From a virus: a DNA stretch of 64,000 nucleotides. Below, in pieces: positions 47,016 through 55,702 of the stretch. The stretch covers positions 96,001-160,000 of IMG/VR virus record IMGVR_UViG_3300028840_003497; one strand, 5' to 3'. The notes beneath the pieces were generated by a model. That model made no database searches and had not been told where the DNA came from. It worked only from the letters and a program-made list of their open reading frames with translations. The translations under genes and the position numbers were made by a program. The first letter of the stretch is position 1; every line of letters starts with the position of its first letter.

Positions 47016-47501
47016 ATGAACGAAAACAAGAAAGATGGCCTGTTTTTCGGAGGAGTCCCCACCGATGGAGACATCCGTCTCCTGGAAAATGAGTACGGAA
47101 TTCCTGAAATCGGCAAGATTATACCCTACGAGGAGGTGGCTGCCGTCATCAAGTATGACAAGGATTCGTCACGGTTTAAAACAGTGACACAGCGCTGGCG
47201 AAAGAAGATCGAGCGCGACCACAACGTCATCATTGGCACCGAACGCGGGATCGGTTTTGTCGCACTCGACAACGCCTCTCGTGTTGATCTGGGATCCGAC
47301 AAATTCAAATACGGCATGAAATCTGTTCGACGCGCGAACAAGGTCGTCTCTTCAACCGACCACTCAGATCTTACTGATGATCAAGTTCAAGTCGCCCACC
47401 ACGTACGACACGTCACCGCCGCACTGGTCGGAGCGGCCAGAATGGAGTCGAAAAAACTTCGGGCTCAACTTCCCATGCCTGTCCAGCAGAACAGAAAGTA
47501 G
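47016..47501 (+). CDS. Hypothetical accessory protein downstream of the array
   Basis: ATG 47016 behind SD GGAGGAG; 161 aa, basic. Confidence 0.75.
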   Translation: MNENKKDGLFFGGVPTDGDIRLLENEYGIPEIGKIIPYEEVAAVIKYDKDSSRFKTVTQRWRKKIERDHNVIIGTERGIGFVALDNASRVDLGSDKFKYGMKSVRRANKVVSSTDHSDLTDDQVQVAHHVRHVTAALVGAARMESKKLRAQLPMPVQQNRK

Positions 47502-47577
47502 AACAAATCCCCGAAGTAGTAGGAGGGGTCAGATTATAATTATCATGGATTTAATCGAAAAAGGAAAGATCGCACGA

Positions 47578-48201
47578 TCAGAATCGAAGTCTTGCCTCCT
47601 TCGTCTTTTTGATCCCTATACGAACAGCCTCATCCGCATCGTCCAACACCTCAGCAAGAAGAGCGATATTGCGATGCAGCCTGTCGCGGTAGTCGAGTTG
47701 ATCCTCGGTGGCAGACTGCCAGTCCCCTTTGATCCCGCACTCGATCTGAACTAACCTTGCAACATTCGCAATCTCACGATGGAACACAGATTTGTTCTTC
47801 GACCTCCGGTAGAGAGCCCCGCACATTAGATTATAACTGTCCCCGCTATCGTTCCTGTACCGAATCAAATGATCGTACAACCACTGGTAGACTTCGATCT
47901 TCAACTTCGGACTGATCGCCAAGGCCATGTCGATAAACAACATCGGATGAACCCAGGTGTGCTTCCCGCGTCCGCGACCGGCGATCTTGACTTCTCCAAA
48001 CCTATCCTCCAACTCCCTGATAAACTCCTTCGTTCCTTCGAGCTGAAACCAATGAGACATCTTAAACGGAGACATCCCGTTCATGATGCGCCACTTATTC
48101 CCGGCACGAACCAAATCAGTCGCGCTGAACATCTCCGACTTGCTCTTTTGGGATATCTCCTCCCCGAAAAGCTGTCGCCTCATAATTACCTCTGTTTTCA
48201 T
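47578..48201 (-). CDS. KilA-N domain DNA-binding protein
   Basis: FSATDL, TKEFI.EL, GRG...HTWVHP...D.A..ISP. Confidence 0.85.
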   Translation of the reverse strand: MKTEVIMRRQLFGEEISQKSKSEMFSATDLVRAGNKWRIMNGMSPFKMSHWFQLEGTKEFIRELEDRFGEVKIAGRGRGKHTWVHPMLFIDMALAISPKLKIEVYQWLYDHLIRYRNDSGDSYNLMCGALYRRSKNKSVFHREIANVARLVQIECGIKGDWQSATEDQLDYRDRLHRNIALLAEVLDDADEAVRIGIKKTKEARLRF

Positions 48202-48302
48202 GATATTAACTCCTTTTGAAATGGCGTCTTTTTTAGAACAATAAAGGAGCTTTTATAAAAGTCAACACAATAACGGCGCTAATCTCGCCATTTCCAAGAT
48301 AG

Positions 48303-48389
48303 TGGGCCGGGAAGGATTCGAACCTCCGAAGGGACTAGCCCGCCGGATTTACAATCCGGTGCCTTTGAACCGCTTGGCGATACCGACCC
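48303..48389 (-). tRNA. tRNA-Tyr (GTA)
   Basis: CCGGA-TTGTAAA-TCCGG; long variable arm. Confidence 0.9.
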
Positions 48390-48390
48390 A

Positions 48391-48482
48391 TGGTGCGCGG
48401 GGCGGGATTCGAACCCGCCCTGTCTCTGAAGTGTTACCCCGGGGCCTGAACCCGGTGCCTTTACCAGCTTGGCTACCCGCGC
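48391..48482 (-). tRNA. tRNA-Leu (CAG)
   Basis: CCGGG-TTCAGGC-CCCGG; long variable region; CCA encoded. Confidence 0.88.
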
Positions 48483-48483
48483 A

Positions 48484-48557
48484 TGGTGATCCCGACTGGA
48501 GTCGACCCAGTGTCTCCGGCTCTTCAAGCCAGCGCTAAACCCCTCAGCTACAAGACC
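48484..48557 (-). tRNA. tRNA-Phe (GAA)
   Basis: CTGGC-TTGAAGA-GCCGG; atypical T-loop GTCGACT; CCA encoded. Confidence 0.8.
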
Positions 48558-48558
48558 A

Positions 48559-48641
48559 TGGACGGATCGAAGCACATCTGCGCATTTTACATTGCCGTCG
48601 AACTGAATCGTCGGTTGCTGCCGTGTGAAATCCGATCCGTC
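48559..48641 (-). ncRNA. Candidate 83-nt small RNA within the tRNA cluster
   Basis: Terminal stem GACGGATCGG/TCGATCCGTC, sequence ends in CCA; no cloverleaf. Confidence 0.45.
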
Positions 48642-48644
48642 TTG

Positions 48645-48718
48645 TGCGCGAGCTGGGAGTCGAACCCAGAACCACAGACCCCTCAAGCCTGCTCCTCTTC
48701 CAGTTGGGATACTCGCGC
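48645..48718 (-). tRNA. tRNA-Leu (GAG), short variable loop
   Basis: CAGGC-TTGAGGG-GTCTG. Confidence 0.85.
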
Positions 48719-48724
48719 ATATAT

Positions 48725-48797
48725 TACGACTGAGTGGATTCGAACCACCAACTTTCGGTTCTTGAAACCGACGCCTCTTCCGTTGGGCCACAGTCGC
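48725..48797 (-). tRNA. tRNA-Leu (CAA), short variable loop
   Basis: TCGGT-TTCAAGA-ACCGA. Confidence 0.88.
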
Positions 48798-48798
48798 T

Positions 48799-48874
48799 TG
48801 GTGCGCCCCCTCGGATTCGAACCGAGCCTGAACCGGGCTTAAACCGGATCCCTCTTCCACTGGGGTAGGGGCGC
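48799..48874 (-). tRNA. tRNA-Leu (TAA), short variable loop
   Basis: CCGG-TTTAAGC-CCGG; CCA encoded. Confidence 0.85.
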
Positions 48875-48880
48875 ATATAG

Positions 48881-48956
48881 CAAGTGCGGAAGGATTCGAA
48901 CCTTCAACCTTTGGATTTGGAATCCAACGCTCTGACCAAATTGGAGCCACGCACCC
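48881..48956 (-). tRNA. tRNA-Trp (CCA)
   Basis: TTGGA-TTCCAAA-TCCAA. Confidence 0.9.
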
Positions 48957-48961
48957 ATAAG

Positions 48962-49045
48962 CGGAGGTAGAAAGATTCGAACTTTCAAGCCAGTTTCCCG
49001 ACCACAGTTTAGCAAACTGCTGCGTTACCATTACGCTATACCTCC
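48962..49045 (-). tRNA. tRNA-Ser (GCT)
   Basis: GCAGT-TTGCTAA-ACTGT; long variable arm; G73. Confidence 0.9.
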
Positions 49046-49049
49046 CTTG

Positions 49050-49122
49050 AGTCTCGGGCCGGGTTCGAACCGGCGTCCTTCTTGGGTTGCAACCAAGTGC
49101 CTCGCCTCTTGGCTACCGAGAC
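49050..49122 (-). tRNA. tRNA-Cys (GCA)
   Basis: CTTGG-TTGCAAC-CCAAG; U73. Confidence 0.9.
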
Positions 49123-49196
49123 GTTTGCGGAGAGAGGGAACCGATGGATTTATCCAGTTAAGGCTAATCACCATTTTGCTGAGAACCATCTCCATT

Positions 49197-50138
49197 CTAT
49201 TGAACCCCTTTCTTTAACCATTTCCTTATAGCATTATCAGAAACCCCATACTTCCTCCCAGCCGCACAATATCCATTCTTATCAACAAACTTTTTAACTT
49301 CATCAAGTATCGGTCTTGGGACTTTCCGCTGCGCAACACTAGCAGCACGTCTTCTCTTTTCACTTTTCAAATCAGAACGATAACACTCTACAGAACAATA
49401 CTTTTGCCCAGTTTTGTAAGGGAAAGCATTGCTACACATAATACACGAAACAATCTTTCTTTTTCTTTCTGATAAACGATCAGCAATAATCAAACCCTGT
49501 TCCCGCACATACCTCCTAACTGCAGCCTGATTCCTTGGACTGTTTTTACGTCCAAGTTTATCAAGAACCTCCCCAATAGAAGAACTGTTTTTAACAATCA
49601 ATCTAAGAATGTCATCAGTATACATGTCAATCCATGACTCTCTTTTTCTTCTTCCTTTATGAACCAATGCTCTGTTTTTGAAATTTTTAACTCCATAATT
49701 ACTAGTTTGAGAATGACAATTAGGACAAAGAAACCTCAAATTCCCTTTGATATTATTAAACGGATCCCCGTCAATGTGATCAACTTGAAGAGTGATCTCA
49801 TTACCCATCCACTCCGATAATCCACAACATGCACAAACATATTCTACGCCTGATTCAATAAGAGCCCTTCGCAAAGCATACGCATGCTCTCGGGAACCGT
49901 CTTTTCTGGATAAAACATCAGAAGGACTACGCTTATTGACAGAAATCCTGCCTTTGTTCCAACCCCCTCTTCCAGAAGCAAAATGAGAAAAATCAACACC
50001 ATGTCTAACTGCCATTCTCTTCGCATGGGCTTGAGAAGAACCATGAGTAGAACTTTCAAAAATCCTACAGACATCAGCCCATGTGGCCGATTCAGCCACA
50101 GCCTTTTCCAGTCTCTCTTTCGTATATTTCGATTCCAA
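49197..50138 (-). CDS. Free-standing HNH homing endonuclease
   Basis: CACCG...LQVDHIDGD..NN...NLRFLCPNCHSQT; AT-rich; TTG start behind GGAGG. Confidence 0.9.
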   Translation of the reverse strand: MESKYTKERLEKAVAESATWADVCRIFESSTHGSSQAHAKRMAVRHGVDFSHFASGRGGWNKGRISVNKRSPSDVLSRKDGSREHAYALRRALIESGVEYVCACCGLSEWMGNEITLQVDHIDGDPFNNIKGNLRFLCPNCHSQTSNYGVKNFKNRALVHKGRRKRESWIDMYTDDILRLIVKNSSSIGEVLDKLGRKNSPRNQAAVRRYVREQGLIIADRLSERKRKIVSCIMCSNAFPYKTGQKYCSVECYRSDLKSEKRRRAASVAQRKVPRPILDEVKKFVDKNGYCAAGRKYGVSDNAIRKWLKKGVQ

Positions 50139-50199
50139 AACAGCCTCCGTATGGTAATGCAAAATATTGCACCAAATACAATACCATACATAATGGTAA

Positions 50200-50237
50200 A
50201 CGACCAAGGTGACGCTATGCCATTCAGCCACACCCCA
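50200..50237 (-). pseudogene. 5' half of a tRNA gene
   Basis: TGGGGTG-TG-GCT-GAATGGCAT-AGC-GTCACCTTGG with no adjacent 3' half. Confidence 0.5.
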
Positions 50238-50419
50238 TAAGGGTTATGACCTAACTAAAATATGAGGATAAATATAGATGTAGGGACGAACACCACAACC
50301 GAGCGGTCGTAGTGGCAGGGATCGCGATCATCGGGACATTTTTTTTGATGGGCTGTTCCATTTGTCGTCTCCTGCAAACCAGTGTCGGCTATGTTCGCCA
50401 GAAAAGTCAAGAGGAAAGT

Positions 50420-51073
50420 TTAGTCGTCCTTCGATCCATCCTCTTCCTCCCAATACTTCGCCGGGTCCTTCCAGTCAGGATAACACTCCTTGAGCCACTT
50501 CTTACACGCCGCTATCTGCTCCTTGTCAATGGCTATCGATGCCTGGTAGTCTTCCTTGCCCTCGGCGCTCACGGGCGTGTCCACGGGATCCACAGAGAAC
50601 ACCGGGGTGCCGACGTCAAGAACCTGGTACTGAATCTTGGTCAAAAACGCGCCCGGCATCTTTTGAAAGTCATCAAAATTCTGCTCAACAGAAAACCGAT
50701 TGCACAATACAATAAAAGCGCTACGGTCGTAGAACGCAGCTTTATAAAAAACCTTGGCCCTCTCACGCCCCTTGTCATCCACCAACCTATTCCACATCGA
50801 ATGGTCTGTTGGCTTCTTCTTCCAACCTTCAGGCAATTCCACGGGCCGGAAGATGGGATCGTGCGGGTATGGCTCACCGAGCTTGATTCCCCAGCCCACC
50901 AAAACATCATCCATCTCCTTGCCAGCACCAGTGTTCACCGCCGCAGGAAGATCTGCGCTGTTCACAAAACTCTGTTGACCCCTGGCCTCTTGATTCTCGA
51001 TAGCCCCAGATGGACTGTTTGTGATCAATCCCTCCAAAAAGACCATCTCACCGTCTTCTTTTCTTGTTTTCAT
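50420..51073 (-). CDS. Hypothetical protein
   Basis: ORF coupled to the upstream gene. Confidence 0.7.
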   Translation of the reverse strand: MKTRKEDGEMVFLEGLITNSPSGAIENQEARGQQSFVNSADLPAAVNTGAGKEMDDVLVGWGIKLGEPYPHDPIFRPVELPEGWKKKPTDHSMWNRLVDDKGRERAKVFYKAAFYDRSAFIVLCNRFSVEQNFDDFQKMPGAFLTKIQYQVLDVGTPVFSVDPVDTPVSAEGKEDYQASIAIDKEQIAACKKWLKECYPDWKDPAKYWEEEDGSKDD

Positions 51074-53028
51074 TATTCATCCTCCTTCGGCCCGTTTTTG
51101 TTACCGACCGTCTTGTTTCCAGCGTGGTATTCTTCCGCCATAAGCAGCATCGGAGCCCACTTTAGATACTCTGCACGCGTTCGAGGATCGTCGAAAAACA
51201 TTCGAAAGTCCCCCGGTTTGTACGCGCTCACATTCATCAACCTCGACTCCGGACAAGTGACAGACGAACGGATCCATGGGCTCCGCTCCTTGCCCCATCC
51301 AGAAGAATCGTAGCCCTGGCGCTCCCGGTACCAATGAAATGTCGCCTTGCGCGCCCGTGGCATGAACTTTACCACCTCGGCCAATTCTCCAGGTCCATCA
51401 TTCCCGTACGGAGAGTACAAATCAACGTTGCTGTAATCGCCCCTGATTCGCCAGTCCCTTGACCGTCGATCGTTTTCCTTCTTAGCCTCCCTCCTCATCC
51501 AATATCGTTCCTGTCCGATCGTTACAGATCCCACCTGAAGCGACTCGTTTAGATGCATACGGTACTTCTCGAAGTCAGGCTTCTCTCCGGCAACCAGTGC
51601 CCGGTCCTGATCAAACACCAACCTGATCCCCGCACGGAACCCGTCGTCCGTCCAGACCCGCCAGGGAGGGTGCGGGTGCAAGATCTCCGAGCGATCCAGT
51701 ATGCCCTGAAGGACCATCACCACCCGGTTATGATCTTCGACATCCTTCTGGATATTCGCCACCATGTCGTCATAATAAATATCTTCCGGTCTAAATAATC
51801 GATAATCGCTGCTCGTTTTAGATGGTCCAAAGCCGGGCCAAGACAAATCATTGTCTCGATCAAGCTTCTCATCTTCCGTCGCAGCATTCCATGCACGTTC
51901 ATTATTTCTCCACTCCCGGATCTTGCGAGCGTCCTCGTCTCGAATAGCCTTATATTCATTGTCGGAGATGAACCCTCCTACCCTCCCAAAATCGTCAACT
52001 TTGACCCACATCTTCTGCCCGCTGGATATTAATTGCCTATCGCTATCAGGAAAGAGCTTTTCCCCAAATTCTATCAGGGTATTGACTCGCCAGATCTGAT
52101 CACCATTCCGGATGTACAAGAAAGTCACGTTGTCCATCTTCTCCGACGCCATGATACTAATAAAGTCCGATATCGTTTTACCGCTTCGGTGCTTCCTCTT
52201 CCGGCGCACACGGAATGCCACCAAACACCGCTGGAACGGTAGCAGCCGATCAACCACCCCATCTTCCAGTAGCCAATTATCAAAGTCGTCGATGTCCCTA
52301 AAATCCATCCCGCCGTGCTTGTAATTGGCAAGACACTCCTCATCCATGTAGTGGCGACGCTGGACCAGTCTCACCGGCTCGCTCAGATCCGCTGGATCCC
52401 CATCGCGGATCTTTACAGCGTCCTCGCTAATCCCGGCGTACAAATCGACAGCGAGGATCCTCCGGTCCACACGATCGATCATTGCGTTCATTTCACTTCG
52501 CTGACCCCGCAAAGGAATCGACTCAGCCTTGAGCCACTCCTCCATGCTCTCGGCAGTCTTTTCTATTTCCTTGAACAACCCCGGGATCTTGTCATCTTTA
52601 GCCTTGACCAGGGACTCGCGATACTCCGGCATCGGCTCGCCAGTTCGAACAGACAGGGCCTCCGTATCGGATCCCTCGCCGATAGCCAACGACGGAGCCA
52701 CACCGAGCCGAGACGTGAGCAATTGGAGCTCTTCCGTCAACTCGCCTATCCTCGCCCGACACGTATCCGCGTTCTTGCGAATGATAACCAGCGCATCTGG
52801 GACGTACTCACAGCAGCCCCAGAAATCGTCGAAATGGATCCGTATGTGCCCACCGCCTGTGCTCACAATTTTGACATAGTTAGATCCGACGTGAGTAACG
52901 CACCCTAGCCACCTATCGTCTTCCTCATCGGTAACCCAGTACCACTTACCTATCTCCGGATCATCATCCGACTTCTTCCGTGGCATCTTGTTCGACTCCG
53001 GTTTATGGACTGTAATATCATCACTCAT
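51073..53028 (-). CDS. Large hypothetical phage protein
   Basis: About 650-aa ORF; start moved to MSDDITV behind AGGAGG. Confidence 0.75.
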   Translation of the reverse strand: MSDDITVHKPESNKMPRKKSDDDPEIGKWYWVTDEEDDRWLGCVTHVGSNYVKIVSTGGGHIRIHFDDFWGCCEYVPDALVIIRKNADTCRARIGELTEELQLLTSRLGVAPSLAIGEGSDTEALSVRTGEPMPEYRESLVKAKDDKIPGLFKEIEKTAESMEEWLKAESIPLRGQRSEMNAMIDRVDRRILAVDLYAGISEDAVKIRDGDPADLSEPVRLVQRRHYMDEECLANYKHGGMDFRDIDDFDNWLLEDGVVDRLLPFQRCLVAFRVRRKRKHRSGKTISDFISIMASEKMDNVTFLYIRNGDQIWRVNTLIEFGEKLFPDSDRQLISSGQKMWVKVDDFGRVGGFISDNEYKAIRDEDARKIREWRNNERAWNAATEDEKLDRDNDLSWPGFGPSKTSSDYRLFRPEDIYYDDMVANIQKDVEDHNRVVMVLQGILDRSEILHPHPPWRVWTDDGFRAGIRLVFDQDRALVAGEKPDFEKYRMHLNESLQVGSVTIGQERYWMRREAKKENDRRSRDWRIRGDYSNVDLYSPYGNDGPGELAEVVKFMPRARKATFHWYRERQGYDSSGWGKERSPWIRSSVTCPESRLMNVSAYKPGDFRMFFDDPRTRAEYLKWAPMLLMAEEYHAGNKTVGNKNGPKEDE

Positions 53029-53597
53029 GCACACAGCCTCCTTGGAACCTTGATATAGTTGTCCGCAGCGTACTGAGCTACCTCCAACCACCCCTCCACT
53101 TCCTCTTTGTTATCGGCGTAGACACACAGGATCTCGCGACCCCAAACCTTCCACTTGCCGAGGAGTCCACCGGCCTGTACATCCATATTATCCAGAAACA
53201 GTTGCGTTCTGTCGATCGTCAGAAACCCCACATCCGGATCGCCTTCTATCTTAACACCAATCTCCGTGACCCTCTTCTGGGCATTCCTGCGCTCGTTGGT
53301 ATTGGTATTCGGATGGTCGATCAGATTCCGGAGTTTCCGGAGCAGAACCACCTCGGGCGTCGGAACAACCGGCTCGTCCTTGACCCGGTACGCACCGTGC
53401 CCGCTGTAAACGAAGCAATGTTTCCTGTACCGACGAGGGAGCATGTGAAAGTCAACCTCGAACATCGTCAGAGTCCTGGTCTCCATCAGATCGTCTTGCG
53501 AGGGAGACGCATCCGGATCGAACACCAGCATAGCATCTCTGTCTGGAGAAATATCTTGATTAAGGTGTGGCATCGGTAATTTTTTGAAGTGTATCAT
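53025..53597 (-). CDS. Hypothetical protein
   Basis: ORF overlapping both neighbours by 4 nt. Confidence 0.6.
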   Translation of the reverse strand: MIHFKKLPMPHLNQDISPDRDAMLVFDPDASPSQDDLMETRTLTMFEVDFHMLPRRYRKHCFVYSGHGAYRVKDEPVVPTPEVVLLRKLRNLIDHPNTNTNERRNAQKRVTEIGVKIEGDPDVGFLTIDRTQLFLDNMDVQAGGLLGKWKVWGREILCVYADNKEEVEGWLEVAQYAADNYIKVPRRLCA

Positions 53598-54049
53598 CCT
53601 CTTGCCGCCTTTTGAATAGCCATCCGGACATTGAACCGATCAGCATACATTTCCACCGAAATCTTATCTTCCAGCGAGACACTGTCGTCCGCCCACATTC
53701 GCTCGAATAAAAGTTTCACACAATTGTCGTCGATACTGTTCGGATCTTCGATGTCACAATCCTCTACGAATTCCATGACTAAACGGCGAACTAGGACCAC
53801 AAAACCATTCCCCATCATCTCTTCTCCTTCTTGAGATGATCCCTGAGAACATCCCCAAGACTCGTCTTCACGACAGTCTTCTTTACTCTCCTGCGAAGAC
53901 GCTCCCGCTTGTCGTCTTTCTCAAACTCGCGGTCCAGAATCTTTTGAAACTCGTCATCCTCAGATACTTTTTTTAACATTCTCTTCACCTCCTGCCGAGA
54001 TCGTCCCGGCCATCATGGTGTACTATAAAGCTTTGTGCGCGTTTGTCAA

Positions 54050-54388
54050 CTAGGAAATTCGGGCGACGTAACGGGCGTACTTGTAACCCTCGGTGCTGAT
54101 GAGATAGTGCTTGTCGCTCGGATCCACGACGACGAAGGACATGCTGGGGGGCTCGCGGTCGAAGTTCGCAGCGGCAGGAGCTTTCGGCCACTCGGCATAG
54201 ACCTCCTGCCATGGGACACGTTTCAGCTTGGAGACCATATTCTTGTCCATCTTTTCGAGTTTATTCGGATCGATCTTCGGGGCGTGGCCCCATCTCGTGA
54301 CCTTGCTTCCCATCTTGTCGAGGATGCTGTCCGGCAACTGTCCACGAATAAGCGCCTCATCCATTTTTCTCTCGATTAACTTCTTCAT
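54050..54388 (-). CDS. Putative head-internal protein (MKKLIERK family)
   Basis: Shared N-terminal motif. Confidence 0.6.
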   Translation of the reverse strand: MKKLIERKMDEALIRGQLPDSILDKMGSKVTRWGHAPKIDPNKLEKMDKNMVSKLKRVPWQEVYAEWPKAPAAANFDREPPSMSFVVVDPSDKHYLISTEGYKYARYVARIS

Positions 54389-54397
54389 AATAACCCC

Positions 54398-54763
54398 CTA
54401 CGACGTGACCATCTGAACGATCACTGGATTGGTCGGATCCGTCGTCCCAGGGGTACCGGGGGCCGTCACAACCGCAAACGAAAGCGCCGCAAAGTCAAGC
54501 CCATCCGGACAGACAATCTGTCTCCGCTGATTGACGGGAACCTTGAAAATAAAGTCCGGGTCCGACGTGCCAACTGTCGGAGCCGCGTCGTCGTATATCT
54601 TCAGATACGCCACGTCCGCCGGGTTGCCACGATTGTCAATGTCCAACATGTAAAGGGTTCCGGCTGCCCCCGTGACGTTCGTCTCAGGCGTCGCGTTGGC
54701 TTCCGTGTCCTTGATTAATTTAGTCCCGACTGGCGAGACCTGTGTCGATACTGAAAGTGTCAT
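54398..54763 (-). CDS. Putative virion structural protein
   Basis: T/P/G/V-rich, beta-like composition; in the late region. Confidence 0.5.
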   Translation of the reverse strand: MTLSVSTQVSPVGTKLIKDTEANATPETNVTGAAGTLYMLDIDNRGNPADVAYLKIYDDAAPTVGTSDPDFIFKVPVNQRRQIVCPDGLDFAALSFAVVTAPGTPGTTDPTNPVIVQMVTS

Positions 54764-54818
54764 ACCTTACCTCCAAGACCCATGGCACCATCGCCACGTT
54801 TCTTCTCTATGAATTCCT

Positions 54819-55136
54819 TCACATCTTTTTCCCTGTATCGGGATCAATCCCGCTCAGAACCATCCTCTGTGTCTCCAGGATCATCAGCATATCGTCCGCT
54901 GCTTCGGAGATCGTTCTGAAAAGTACTGCCACCTCTTCTCCGTCTCCATCCGGCATATCGAACAAATTCTTGTTCTTCTTGAATCGGCTGTACTTGTCGT
55001 CCGCCCATGATCCTACATCATCAACCTTGTCCATCAGCTTCTGGAGCCGCTTGGCCTCTTTAGGATCCGGATCAGAAAAAGCGTCCGGGCCAACTTTGCG
55101 TTTTTCTTCCAATTTTTTCTAGATAATTTTCTTCAT
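54819..55136 (-). pseudogene. MKKII*KK family gene with in-frame TAG at codon 6
   Basis: SD GGAGG, then ATG AAG AAA ATT ATC TAG AAA AAA TTG GAA. Confidence 0.7.
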
Positions 55137-55145
55137 AGTACCCTC

Positions 55146-55412
55146 CTATTTCAGCAGCCCCTCGAACTGATCGAGCAAGATGCCAGCTTCGTTAAGATGA
55201 TCAATCGCCGTAAGCAGGTTGCCATCCAATTCCTGAAGATCCATAGAGTCCATCCCCCACTTCACACGTCCCGCACGGTCGACCTGACCCTGCACAAACT
55301 TGGCGTCCGATGCAGCTCTCTTCACGCGCTCCGAGAGCTTGGAGACCGTCTTGGCAAACGACCCGGCGCGAGCCTCCGCCAGACCCTCTTTTTTCTCGAT
55401 AATTTTCTTCAT
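55146..55412 (-). CDS. Putative head-internal protein (MKKIIEKK)
   Basis: Shared N-terminal motif. Confidence 0.6.
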   Translation of the reverse strand: MKKIIEKKEGLAEARAGSFAKTVSKLSERVKRAASDAKFVQGQVDRAGRVKWGMDSMDLQELDGNLLTAIDHLNEAGILLDQFEGLLK

Positions 55413-55702
55413 TATTTACTCCTCTGATCAACGTTTTCCGCCCAGTCACGAAGCGTCTGATTCGCATCTTTGAGCGTCTTGATCGCAGAATTGATCTTGG
55501 TCTCCAATGCAGACGCTTCCTTGTCTGGAACCTTCCATTTAGATCGCGCTCGCAAGCTCATGTTCGAGATCACCGAGGAAGCCTCACTGGCAGCCTCCTT
55601 AAGACGATCAGCTGTTTTCTCGATATCCTTACCAAGATTCGTGGTAGACATGGAAACACGATGTCCTGCTTTGCGAGACTTCTTCTCTATCAGTTCTTTC
55701 AT
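55412..55702 (-). CDS. Putative head-internal protein (MKELIEKK)
   Basis: Shared N-terminal motif; resembles 55146..55412. Confidence 0.6.
   Translation of the reverse strand: MKELIEKKSRKAGHRVSMSTTNLGKDIEKTADRLKEAASEASSVISNMSLRARSKWKVPDKEASALETKINSAIKTLKDANQTLRDWAENVDQRSK

Noticed and set aside
48279-49031. 250-aa ORF and antisense ORFs across the tRNA cluster
   Set aside because: They overlap clear tRNA genes.
49123-50237. Group I intron in a tRNA
   Set aside because: No recognisable intron core, too little non-coding space, and the exon halves do not form a tRNA.
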